Assembly: GCA_035084275.1 (NCBI GenBank) | Contig: CM068762.1 | Location: 11,718,001 to 11,782,000, forward strand | Direction: 5' to 3' | Length of the DNA stretch: 64,000 bases | From: Hydrolagus colliei | Taxonomy: Eukaryota | Shown here: in pieces, positions 1 through 23,565 of the stretch | How positions within the stretch are numbered: the first letter of the stretch is position 1 | Layout: every line of letters starts with the position of its first letter | Translations under genes and position numbers: made by a program | The notes under the pieces: generated by a model | Told to the model about the DNA's origin: nothing | The model's database searches: none | The model's input: the letters and a program-made list of their open reading frames with translations, nothing else

Positions 1-1751
1 GGGGAGAGATCCAGTTTCATGACCCGCTGAAGGAATCGGCACCTATCAAATGCTAGTGTGTCACTATGCGGCTGTCTGTCCTCTTTGACGTTCGGTGTAT
101 AATGTGCCGTGCTGATCAGAAGATTAAATTGTAATTCACTGAGCATTGAAATTGTGTTTTAATCCATCGTCTCCGGAGGTAATCTTCAGATTATATTGAA
201 ATGGTTCAAGCTATCAAGAAATGCTTAAACTCAAATGAGGACTGCCAACATTTATTTGTGCTCCACATTATCATGGTGCTGTTAACATTCCTGCGTTTGA
301 TTTCACTCTCTCTCGTTTGCTGTTGAAAAAGCTGGATATGTTGAGATTACAGACACAGAAACTAAGGCTCCTTCTGCCTCTAAAGGGTTGTTTCCCGATT
401 TTCGATGTTGTGTATAGATTCAATCATTACGTTTCTCCCTCAAGTATACATAATTATAGACTATAATTCACTTTATAGTGTATGCTGTGAAGCGCATTGA
501 GATGTCGATAAGATGTGAAAAGCACTATATCAAATACAAGGATTATTATTATAGTAATAACCTAGGAAAATTGAATAATTACATGAAAAGAAAATAATTT
601 TGCAAAGCTATGGGGTAAGGGAGTGGAAGGAATTGGGTCAACAACAAAATTACATTTAAAGAACGCCTTTCATGTCGGGAGGACGTCCAAGGCGCTGAAC
701 AGTCAGGTTGGGGGAATCACTCTTTCAATGAGGCATGATGCGCCGAATGGTCTCTTTCTGTGCCGTAAGATTCTATCGAAGGCGCTCGTCTCTGACTTTT
801 GTTTTTCACTGTTGGGGATTTTTGTCTGCGTTTATCTTTTTATGATCCGCTTACAGCCCAGCAACCTTCAGAACCGATCCAATTAGATTTCCCATTTTGA
901 GCTGCTGTTTTGTTGGGCCGCTTCTCATTTACCTTCCTGTGTTTTCTCCCAAGTTCCAACTCATTTCTGGAGTTTGCTCATAGTGGGGAATCAAACCATA
1001 TAGTATTAGGAAGATCCTAAGTTGTCCGCTGCTGAGTTAAAGATAGGGGAATTGGAAAGGAAAGTCAAGCAAAAAATTTTATCAACATGAACTGTTAAGA
1101 TTTCTATTTGGAGTATATATTTCCATAGAACCCCTGTACACTAGGTGTAGTTTACCGGATGTACTGAAGAGTGTGTATTCATCCAAACAGGCGAGTTCTG
1201 TTTTGTTTTCCACTTGACAAAGTAGAAAAGTGACTTCGCATTAATTACTACAATGTTCCTACATTAATATCTCTACTGTACTTGTTGTAAGACAAAGCCA
1301 AAAGATTAGAGGTAGACTTTCCCACAACCTACTCAAGGATTATAAATCCTTGTGGTATGCTGGATTTAAATACCTATGAGGCTGGGTGTGTTTAAATTAT
1401 TTACGTGCAATGTTGGTTGCGCCTTTTGTTTCCTAGTAATATTTCATATCCAAGACATTAATGCATACTTAACGAATCTCTGGGTGATTAAATCTACGTT
1501 TCAGGACTTAATCTTTTAAGCTTCAAAGCTTCAAAGTTTTTCCCACCGGATTCTCTCAAACCGGTTGAGTCTTGCTGGTAGAATCGAGCTTAATGCGTCA
1601 GACTCCGCAATTGTCGAGCACTCCGGAGTGAAGGGCGCTATACAAATGCGAGTTGTTGTAGGTGGAGAAATGAGAGAGGAGAAATCGGTGGGTTGGGGGG
1701 GGCGGGGGCGGGATATTTAGCCACTATCGAAATTGTCTTCTGTAAAGATAA

Positions 1752-13026
<11,275 letters not shown>

Positions 13027-14079
13027 GTGCACAAATTCGAAATGAATGAAAGAAGGACCAAGTTATCTGCAACCTCAATAGACGAATGTATAGTAGGCAC
13101 CAGCCAGCTGTTTGACAGCTCACTCAATGTATTTGAAGAGCACTTCTGCACTCCGAGGCGTCTTATTTCTTTAACGGCCTCAGCCTTTGCTTGTAACTTT
13201 TAATTATATACAGTAACTCGATTTCTCTTACCATTCTGTGATTATGGTCCGAAACTAGAGCATTTAACTTTGAAAAAAAAATGTAACCAATGTACTGCTG
13301 AAAGGTGCAACTGTCCCATTAGATGGCGACAAAGCAGTTCCCATCAAACCCATCAAAGTTGAGCCTGTATGATGATTGATGTCGTGATATCTAATTGTCT
13401 TGTACTTTGAGAATCTTTACCTTTTCTTTTGGCGGGGGGTGGTGGGGTATTTTTATTTTAGCCCTCAAAATTGGGAGTTTGGGGGCTCAATTCAAACTAT
13501 TCCAAAGGATTCTTTCGTGTGTTGTCTTTTTTTTGCTCTCAAAAAAACAACAAAAAGTGTGTTCTTGTTTGGCAAGAGTTGTGTGATACTGCGGCCGACC
13601 GTATCACCTATTAAATCGACCCAATTCAGCACTGAAGCAGCTGTGAATAAGCGTTGTGTTGCCAAAAGAATGTGAATGGCCTTGTGTGTCGAGGCAGTTC
13701 GGTTCACGTCACCTTCATGCAATGCAATATTCAGCCTTATTTGTACGTAATCTAGATACTGGTTAAACAATACTAGAGGAGGAATAATCGGTTCAAAATA
13801 TACTACTATTAATAATAATAATAAAATGGGTCACTTGATTCTACCACTGTTTGTGGGATACGGCTGTGCGCAATTGGCTGCCAAGTTTGGCCCACAAAAT
13901 TTGCAGTCCATTCACTTTTTTAATGTATTATGTGAAGCGCTTTGAAACATCATGAAGATGTGATAAGGTGTTGTATCAAATGCAATTATTACTATTATTA
14001 TTAATATACTTCAAGCACTAATCATTACCAATTAAGACAAAGGACTGTAGAAGCTAAAGTCCCAGAGTTTTAACAGGAA

Positions 14080-14085
14080 AATAAA
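14080..14085 (+). terminator. Candidate polyadenylation signal of the AHCYL gene
   Basis: AATAAA followed by a GT/T-rich tract (tgtcttttcaagttttttgg) about 1.05 kb after the stop codon. Confidence 0.35.
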
Positions 14086-14382
14086 TGTCTTTTCAAGTTT
14101 TTTGGGGGGTTTATTCTAATTGTAGTGGGTTACGTTTGGACAAAACCATTATAGATCAGGGTAAGAACGTGCCAAACAGTGCTTGTTGTCATCCAATGAT
14201 TTTACATCCTAATGGGGTCACATTCCACAGACGTTCTTTTGTATCCCAGCACGTCCTATTCATACTGCAACTGACCGTTTGTTGGTGAAGTGGTTATTTC
14301 TGCGGCTAATACTTTTATCCACGTGGGGGCGATGAGCGAGTGCAGAGGTGAAGAAGCATGGATTCTGCTGATCTCCACTAAT

Positions 14383-14764
14383 GGAGATCTCCTGTAGCTC
14401 AGTGTTTAGAGCACTCGCCTCGCAAGCAAGTGGACCTGGGTTTGATTCCACGCAGGGCCAAATGTTGGGCAAGTTTTCTTACTCCACACGCCTCTGTTTA
14501 ACTAGCAGGAACCCGGTTGTTAATCGATGTGACGAATCGCTTTTCCGGGAGGTAATAATCCCTTAAAAATGTGTGGATTTTTTTTAACATTGGGTCACTT
14601 AATCCATGACTGTTTATGGGACACTACTGTGCCCAATTGGCTGCCGCATTTCACCCACAAAACATATAGTCAATTCACTTTATAGTATATTCTGTGAAGT
14701 GCTTTGAAACATCTCGAAGACGTGACAATGCGCCATCTCAACGCAAGGATTATTATTATTATTA
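14383..14764 (+). mobile_element. tRNA-derived SINE, long subfamily
   Basis: Same head and tail plus an extra central segment (CTCTGTTTA...AGGAACCC). Confidence 0.85.
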
Positions 14765-15489
14765 ACACAGTGGGATTTATGCCTTTTGAACCTCAGCCGC
14801 GTGACCAGAATATACTTTCACTCCTGTTGTGTGAAAAATATATATATATTTTTTAAAAAACTAAAGAATTAAAAAAAATTAGTTGTAGGAACACTAGGAG
14901 GCAGTGCCAATTGCAACGAGAATGGTATGAATTGAGAGTAATGAAGAAAATAATCAGCCAGTTATCTTTTCCTCTCACACCACCAGAATAGTGAACGGCA
15001 GAAAGCTCGCAAAGTGTGGCAAAATGATGCAACCACTGATGTGAATAGTATTAACATCCGCTGGGTAACTCACCTGCTTACAGACAAACAACTGTGATTT
15101 GAGTTTGTGCGTTCCGCAAGTAAATTCAATGCAAAGTTGCCTGTATTTTTTTCCTTTATGATTTTTGTAAGTGATTTACTGTGTTCAATATATTCAAGTT
15201 TGACGACAGTTTTCAATCGGCATCTTTTGTTTGGCACAGCCGCCCCCCCCTCCCTCTCCCCCCAACGGCCCCCTCCCTGTACCTGTGGTTGCACTTTTGA
15301 AGACTAACAGCAATTAAGATGGTATTTAATACTCCTCCTTGCGAAAGGTACATTGTATGCGAATCGTGTGATCTTGTGGTCTTTCTAAACTGTTATCTGC
15401 TTTCCTTCAAGAGCAATGTGAATGAGACAGCAATGTGAATGAGACTGATCTCCCCACAGAATGCATGCACGGGCAAACTCTCAGAAACT

Positions 15490-15895
15490 TATTTAAGTAG
15501 CCTCTGTTTTGCATTTATCCCCTTTTGCCCATGTCTCCTTCCTATATCTGTGTCCTTGCTAACGCCCTTTCGACCTGTCCGCTCCCTCCCCTCAGCACAC
15601 TCTGGCCTGCTTCACATCCCCAGCCCAGCCCGCCATATCATCAACGATCAGGCATCTAGCCTCTCTGCCCTCATACCCTTTGAACTCTTATCTCACAGTC
15701 CCTTCACCTTGCTACTTGTCTTTTTCAAGGCTCGCTTCAAGACCCTCCTCTTTGATCGGGCCTCCTACTCCCTCCACTCCACACCCCCTGATCGCAACCC
15801 CCTACTCGGGTCCAAATCCCTAACTGTCCAGCATCTTGGGAGGTCCTCCCGACGTGAAAGGCTCTGTGTAAATGTCATTTGTTGTAGCTTTTTCT
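15490..15895 (+). mobile_element. L2 3' fragment
   Basis: RSLPSAHSGLLHIP...FKARFKTLLFDRA, then an L2-type 3' end (GGTCCTCCCGACGTGAAAGG...TTG); boundaries approximate. Confidence 0.7.
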
Positions 15896-17566
15896 TCCCT
15901 TCGCCCCCGTGACGTACCCAAGATAAGTAATTCGGAGATTAGAAACTCATTAAATAAGTCATCTCTTATTCGTAGTGGCATGAATGAAGGCATTCCAAGC
16001 CTTTTTAAGTCAACGAATTTCAAGTCCTGTTATTTAACCATGTGTAGAATTTAGAATTCAAAATTGGAAGTCTTTCATTTCGAGGTGAAAAACATCAGAG
16101 GAGGCAAGCTAACTCTTTGCCAAAGAAAGGTGCCAATCAGATGTGATAATTGTATGACTAGTATAGTTCACAATGGCTGATCCTCATGGTTTTCTGTGTA
16201 TTGCCACCAGGATACTATTGGGAGAATACCCTTTGAGAAAGATACTGTAGGTGAGTAAATGGAACTGAGTGGATTTGACTCTTTTCATTTCCCAACGATT
16301 TGAGTCCACGCCACCAGTAGACGCTTGAATGAGGGAGATCCCAGCTCATGATCGTCAAAGTCCGATTTTCCCTCATCCTTCGTTTGTTTGAGAAACGTTG
16401 GAAAGGGTAGGAAAATATCCCTTTGCAAGGTTTCCAAAGCCATTGCCTGAAAAGTTTGTGGTAGCTTGCAATACCGGGACGGTTATCAGTTATTTAACTG
16501 AATGGTCCTCGTAATACATGTGCCTCAGTAGAGCTAATCTTTGTTGGACATACCTGGACAGTTGGTTTGTTTAAACCCTGCCACTAAATTAAAAGGATTT
16601 AATTGTTGCGGTGGGATGGAGGTGTTTGGAGCTGATTAAATTAACACGATTCTGCCCGGTAGAATCATTCATCTGTATTCATTGGATATGATGCATTTTC
16701 CTGTCTTTTAATGTTAATGACTGTCCAGCGCCTTGTGACGTCCTCCTGACGTGAAAGGCACTATACAAGTGTAATTTGGTTGCTCTTGTTTTGTGTCTTC
16801 AGGCAGCCAGTATCTGGCGGTCTCTAAAATGTGATCTGAAGCTCACACGAGTGATGTTACACTTCAGTTTTTTTTGTAGCAGGTTTGATTAGAGAGGAAA
16901 GGGTTAGAGAATTCCATTTTCGTCTCTACGCAATGCAAGCGAGAGAGAGAGAGAGAGAGGGAGCAGCACGCATTTTTCTCAGCTCGTTGCGTGATGAAAG
17001 TCTAGATGAATTCACTTGCCTAGAGAATGGGTGTGAAACCACGAGCGGAATCAATTTGAGATAATTGGTAGCGTTTCGATACCTGCCACGTACAGTGTTG
17101 ACCTGCGTGAATCAGCGTACAACAGAAAAGCAATCGTTCTGGTATTGATCCAGTGTAGGTGAGTGGGAAGCACTTTAGCGGATAGTATCAAACTGCTCTC
17201 CTGCCCCCAGATAAATTAACACAAATGTATGAGTAGTCTCTACAGGTAGAGATTGAAATGACGTACTTTACATGCCACTGAAATCCATCACCTTAAGGCT
17301 GTCTGCTGTTTATTTTGAGAGTGGAATTGTTAAAAACACATTACCAACAAAGAAACTCTGTGGCTGTGCTTTTTTTTTACTGTTGCCACACCTCCCCCCT
17401 CCCCCCCCCCCCCCCCACACACACACACACACCACATATCATCAGTCTCACGCCCCAGTTAATATTCTGGGATAAGGGTACCATGTTCAAATTAATAGAT
17501 GGTGATTGAGTATATATCAGCAGTAAAAGAGGAGGCGCACAGACCTTCAGCTAATTGAGAAGTACT

Positions 17567-17595
17567 TTTATTGTATTAAAAACTACACGTTTATT
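17567..17595 (-). terminator. Candidate polyA signals of receptor A
   Basis: Two AATAAA hexamers on the minus strand (17567-17572, 17590-17595) about 700 nt after the stop. Confidence 0.4.
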
Positions 17596-18294
17596 GTTCT
17601 ACATATTATTTGGACGTTTTCTATTGCATACAACCTTTTTAATTGCTGTACTATGGAAAGCAGAAGATGAAAAATGTCTTTAAATCTTAATAAAGGTCTC
17701 CTAAATGAGCGCGTCTAAATGTTTCCTTGTCTCTCTTCAACGTCCGAACAAGTTTCACTTTTTTTTAATGAAATTTTTTTTGTTATGGAAACATGAAGGC
17801 TCACATGGAGGGTAAACACTGCTGTATATATATATAATTCTATGTAATTCTGGCAAAGAAAAGTACATTAGGCAAAAAGAAATTTAAATACAAGCACAAT
17901 GCATTTCCTATCCTTTGCTGAAAATTGTGCATTTGTACACACCTCTGACAAAACCGTTACCTGTTTTGGATAATTTCCTACGCGCATTGTTAAAGCACTG
18001 AGCTGATATGTAGAAATGATAATAATACTAATCCTTGCATTTGATTATAGCGCCTTATCACGTCTTCGAGATGTCTCCAAACAATTTGCATCCTACGTTT
18101 TTTATATTATTTACTAGCAGTAAGCTTGGAAGCGGGTGGGAATCCACAGGAGATAAAAAGACCACTGCAGTCCACACGCAATGGTTTAAAAAGAAACTGT
18201 AAGTAATCCTACTTCTGTTCCCTCCCTCCAATAAATCCTTCGCGAAACTCGAGTGAAGCCGCTGAATTCCTGCTTGACTTCTCTGGAATATTTT

Positions 18295-21200
18295 TTAGGT
18301 TCGGAACACGACTGTGGAATACTCCACGGATTCCGAAGCATCATTGAAGTTGGCGTAAGTTGCAGACCTGTCGGTGGGCGGGGTGGAGGATTGAATGTTC
18401 AGGGTGGCGTAGGTAATGGCTTCATCTGCTCCGTGAATCTAAAATCGGACAACTTGGTTAATTCGTATACGGAGGACAGAAAATGCGTATAAAATATATT
18501 GAAAATAAAAATGAATTTAAAATAATGAATTAAAAAAAGATAAATAATATATAGATGGATTAGATTATATAGATGTGTGTGTGTATATAGAAGCCTGTGG
18601 GATTGAATATATGAATATTATTTTACTCAAAGCGCTTCACAAAATATACTTTAAAGTGAATTGACTGTATATTGTGTGGGCGAAACGTACAGCAAACCAA
18701 AAACAATAAAATTACACTTGTGAATAGCGTTTTTCACATAAGGAAAATGTCGGGTCTGGACAATGTTTCAGACCCGAGCTAGGGTCAAGGAGGGGGAGGG
18801 TAGAGGGAAATGTGGGGATTTGGGGTGAACGATGGGACCGTTGAAGAGGAAGGTTTTGAGACGGAAGTTGAAAGCGGCTAGGGAGAGGGGTTCCAGATGT
18901 TGAGGGCAGAGTGGCTGAAGGCTGGCCTGCCAATGGTGGGCCGGATGGGTGGGGGGAGGTGGAGCAGGTCAGAGTCTGCTGAGTAGAGGGGGTAGGCAGA
19001 TTGGTAGGGGGTAGGAGGTCGTAGAGGTAGGGTGGGGCAAGGCCTTTATGAGGACAAGGAACTTGAATCCTCTGGGTGATGGGAAGCCAATCAAGTCGGG
19101 CAAGGATAGGGGAGATGGGGTCACGAAGCTCGGAGGGATAGAAACAATGAAGGTGAGTCATATGTTAAATAGATTTTACCATTGTGTGAGGTGGGGGATC
19201 CTCTGTATTAGCTGGCAGAGCGTGTTCTGTTTTTTTAACAAAAGAAATGAATGGATTACTCATTTAGTGATCAGAATCAAAAACCTTCGTGGGGCACCAG
19301 TCGGGTCTACAGAACTCCCTCCCATAAGGCACTACTGACGACAGACTAGTTACAATGCAGTTACAATTGGGTTTCAAACCTTTAGAATTGGTTAAACCTG
19401 GAGACGGGTTGGTTGCATATTAACTTTAACAAAATAAGTGGTAATTAAGAATATGGTGTGTTGTACATTAGATCTAACATCACAGGAATCAACACTGAAA
19501 ATACATAGCGTTAAGTGCTGTGTTATCAGAGCCCAGGTGTTTATAGCTTGAAGAAATACAGTCCTGCAAACCTCACATTGTTTGAAATCCTGTAAATGAA
19601 CAACCGCCCTCCAGTTACAAGTCAAGTGCTCGTCACAATCTCACGCCAATGTTTGCTATTAAGTTGAACGACAGTTAAATGTGGCTTACCGTTCCTTCCG
19701 ATTTTACTTCTGCTTTTCCATACGCATACCACAGTGAGCAGGGCCAGCAAGGAAAGCCCCAACACCACTGCGATGAACACGGACTTTAACAAGCTTGAAA
19801 GATCCCTGTAAGATTAAAGTGAGATGAGCTGACCTAGGCCTGGGCAAGAATTTGAGGGGATATCGGACGAAAAGGCCCGTTTGACCTGTTCAGACATTCC
19901 TACCGAACCCAAGCGTTTGACCATTGGCGCTAAAGGTAATTTGGTACCATTTTCTGAGTATTTCACTCATCTTTATAGCGGTTCCACACAAATCACCATG
20001 ATCTATGATGTGGAGTCCTGTAGCTCGGTGGTTAGAGCACTCGCCTTACAAGCGTGAGACCTGTGTCCAAATCCAGGAAGGGTGAATGTTTGGATTAAAT
20101 TCCTTATTCCACACGCCTAATAATAATTCCTCAAATAAAACCATAATAAAATTGGTCTTTTAAATCCATGACTGTTTGTGGGGGACAGTGCTGTGCGCAA
20201 TTGGTTGCCGCGTTTCACCCACAATTATACAGTCGATTCACTTTACAGTATATTCTGTGAAGCGCTTTGAGACGCTTAGAAGACTATATCAAATGCAAAG
20301 ATTATTATCGTTATGATTTCCACCTGGGTTCAGGTTTCACATTTCATTATCGAGCATGTCAGAATGCCCAGAATTTGGCCGAATCACGAACGCTGCCTGA
20401 ATTGTGAAACCCGTATTCCATAAGTTTTCTTTTCGAACTGAAACAACAACTTGAGAACAGATTCTTAATTCCAACCGTTTGCCACGCGCTTGCCCCCATA
20501 ACGTTACACAGTTAGAGTAAGTGCTGAACCAAGTTGGATTCCTCCACAATTGTGATCGGATCGCAGAACTCTGCGGTGGAATAGTCCCATTATTTTCTCA
20601 TTATAATATGAGTCATATAGATGGATTGTTGCAGTGATAACTAAATCTTACCTTGCTGTGGTACTGGTGATAGCCGCAGTGCTGGTGATAGCCGCAGTGC
20701 TGGTGGTAGCCGCAGTGCTGGTGGTAGCTGTGGTCAAAGTTGTGGTCAAAGTTGTGGCAATGAAAGGTGTGGCTGTTGACCCTGTTAGATATATCACAGC
20801 GAATTCATAATCACAACTCCCTCATCACTCTCAAGACTATGTGAAATAAATGGGGGGAGAATTAACTGCTTGAATTTTCGGTGGGACGACTATCAACAAC
20901 AACATTACATTTATCGAGCGCCTTTCACGTCGGGAGGACATCCCAAGGCGCTATCAGGCGGGTTCACTTGGTAGCAACAACTTGCGTTTATATTGGGCCC
21001 TTCACGCGGGGAAACAGTCACTTTCAACACATTTTTATTATCACCCCGTCTCAAATGTTCTTGACTCTTACCATGAGAGATCTGTAGGTGTATAACCTCT
21101 GTGATCTCTACTCGATTCTCTCTTGCTGCTCCACACCAGTATTCCCCATCATCTTCCTCCTTTGCCTTCACAGCGTAAGTAACCTGACTTTGCCATTGAT

Positions 21201-22883
21201 GAGTGATGGAAAATCTTCTTTTAAATGGTTGATTCACAACCCCTTTAGACGTGGCTATACGACTACACTCATTTTTGGAGGTTACTTTACAAAAGAACTT
21301 GTTATAATACCGTAGATTGCCGCTGTAGTTGCATGTTACACTGGTTCTCACTCCCAGTTCAGCAGGCAACATTCTTTTTATCGGTTTCTCAGAACCTGTT
21401 GGTGAATAAAATATGACGTTAAAGAGAGAGAGAACATCCTGCGTTTACTCTTGGTCCAATCCAATGCTACGTCTGTTGACAAGTATCTGACCATCTCGTG
21501 TCAGGTTCTACTGAAGCATAAATAGGTCTGCACTTGGACAGGCCTTTGTGTAAAGTGCGATGCAGACACTGATGTGTTTAAATTGCATTTTGTATGTTCA
21601 GAAAAGTACTGTTTGTATTTTCCAGCACAATTTGGTTTGCAATGAGTCAATATACTGTAAAGGCAATCTTACCTTTGATCACTTTCAGCAGCACAACCTC
21701 TGAAATTTCTATAACTCTATTACTAGCACTTCCACACCAGTATATCCCAGTGTCTTTCTCTTGAAGTTTCTTCACAGAAGCAGAAATTGACCCAACATTG
21801 CTTGCAATTATTGATACTCTCCCAGAATTTACTGAATATCCATCAGTACATGCAAAATAATTGCACTTATCATCTTTGGTTTGTTTACACAAGCAGTGAT
21901 TTGATTCCCGGAAACCGTATGTTTCCCGGTATTGACACTTTATAGTGATGTCTCCTCCCAGCCTAGCCATTAGCATTTTTGATTCAATTTGTTCTGATGA
22001 ACCTGTGGATTAAATGTAAAGTGGAAAAGTTCAGATGAACAGACAAATAAGCAAATCCTTGATCAGTCTGTCTGTGGAATATCTACAGCCAACTATCCTG
22101 AGACGCCGTCCGGCATGGAGGGCGCTATATAAATCAAAGTTGTTGTTGTTGTTGTATCCACTTGTCCCAGCCCCTGTGGGTGGGGGAGTTGAGTCCCTGT
22201 ATTGACATGAGAGGGTTGGCAGTCATTAACTGGCGGAAGGCAGAGTTCAGCCCAATTCTATCCCTAACCAATGTTCATCTGTGAGCATTTTCTAGAAGGA
22301 GCCTATGATCAATGATCAGCAGTCTCTCCAGTGAGATCAGTTCAGCTCAAAGATGCGCAAAGAAACCTGTGGCTTTAGGTCTCACAGCTAACGCAGGGCC
22401 TGACTTCCTGAGCCACCGAGCTGCCAACTTGATGTTCATTTTAAGGGACAGCAACTCACACAAGTATTGATAACAACGTGGAGCTATAACACATTTTGGG
22501 GTCGGATGCTTTTACCTGACGTGAAAGTGAGGAGCAGCAAAGCCGGTATCCACATAGTTTCCAGGGACAAGATCCACATTGAGTCTTGGAGAGAAGGACA
22601 GTTTGTATCTACTCTGTCGAAGGACTTCCTGATTGACGCTTCAGGAAATGCACAACATCAAGTGGTAAACTGTTGATTCACAAGCCAGTTTGCAAACCAA
22701 TAACTAAAGGGAAGTTCAACTGAGGAAGTCCATGTCCACAGCTGTTGCAAGAGCACAAAGGATGGGAGGATTGTGAGCGCAGTTTGTGTGACTGTAAAGG
22801 CCTGGCTAATAAAATCAAAGGGTCATTTTTAAGTGGGACAGACCCGATACTGAAGTTAGGACAAACAGAGCGATGAAATCCAT
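18295..22883 (-). CDS. Receptor A: CD300/pIgR-like inhibitory receptor with 2 IgV domains, mucin stalk, TM and ITIM tail
   Basis: Leader 22844-22883 (MDFIALFVLTSVSG); Ig1 21673-22002; Ig2 21072-21395; stalk 20652-20781 (phase 1-2); TM 19690-19805 (DLSSLLKSVFIAVVLGLSLLALLTVVCVWKSR, phase 2-1); possible 18-nt exon 19380-19397; exon 19180-19211 (phase 1-0); terminal exon 18295-18438 (ITYATL, ATYANF, VEYSTV, TAA). All phases join. Confidence 0.85.
18700..19110 (-). mobile_element. L2 3' fragment
   Basis: RDPISPILARLDWLPITQRI...GLAPPYL; boundaries approximate. Confidence 0.7.
20012..20315 (+). mobile_element. tRNA-derived SINE
   Basis: Same consensus; 3' boundary approximate. Confidence 0.85.
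20665..20756 (-). repeat. Coding tandem repeats in the receptor A stalk (18-nt unit x4, 12-nt unit x2)
   Basis: GCTAYCACCAGCACTGCG units (ATTSTA/AITSTA) and ACAACTTTGACC units. Confidence 0.85.
21072..21395 (-). CDS. Receptor A IgV domain 2 exon
   Basis: 324-nt phase 1-1 exon: VTCNY...KFFCK...EC...RRFSIT...EEDDGEYWCG; cag/gtaag boundaries. Confidence 0.85.
21673..22002 (-). CDS. Receptor A IgV domain 1 exon
   Basis: 330-nt phase 1-1 exon: ...ITIKCQY...HCLCK...KC...GRVSII...LQEKDTGIYWCG; cag/gtaag boundaries. Confidence 0.85.
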
Positions 22884-23565
22884 TTTCTGTGCCGTATTGG
22901 AACCAGGAAATCAGCATCAACTGTGGAGCCATTGAATTTGCCCCTTTTTCAATTTCACTTCATTTGCTTGGTTTCAGACTCTTCTGCTGAACAGGAAACC
23001 GAGCAGTTGGTCAACAAATCCGGTTGATGCAATGAGCTCTCCAGAGCCAAATATGGTGGGGATGTCTCACCCCACCTCCACCCCCGCCCCCCACCCTGCC
23101 CCAATAAAGATATTCAGGTTGTTTTATGCTTTGCTTGCTTTTTTTTGGAAAATAGATATTTGTACGTAAATATACTTGGTACAACAGAAATCTCAACATT
23201 AAATACATGTGTATTTCTTCATGTGGCCGAGCAAGTCCTGGTGAGCTTTTTGTATTGATATCTCTCCATCATTTAAGGAATCCGTCTGATAGCCTGTGAC
23301 CCACAGCTTGTCCTCCTGCTCTTTCCCCTCCGTTCCTCACACGTGGACCAGCTACACAGTCCTCGCGCCACCCCCAGGCAACCAAACTTTCAAACGCCGC
23401 CGCTGGCCACAACCACTGATACTCTCGCTGTAAATGCCTTCTTCCTCTCCCCCTCCCTCCCTCCCTTCCTCCATCTGCCCTCTCTCCCCGCCTTCTCCTC
23501 TATGCACTGTGACCTCTGGCACAGTCACCATTACTGGAAAATGTCTCCACTGATTGAGCAATCTC
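22884..23565 (-). promoter_or_regulatory. Putative promoter module of receptor A, shared with B and C
   Basis: Block homologous to 32884-33315 and 41964-42240. Contains ACAGGAAAC (22991-22999) and ATTGAGCAAT (C/EBP-like, 23553-23562). Confidence 0.5.

Noticed and set aside
22678-22932. 84-aa ORF MAPQLMLISWFQY... overlapping the A leader
   Set aside because: Out of frame with the leader that splices to Ig1; no independent coding evidence, at most an upstream ORF.
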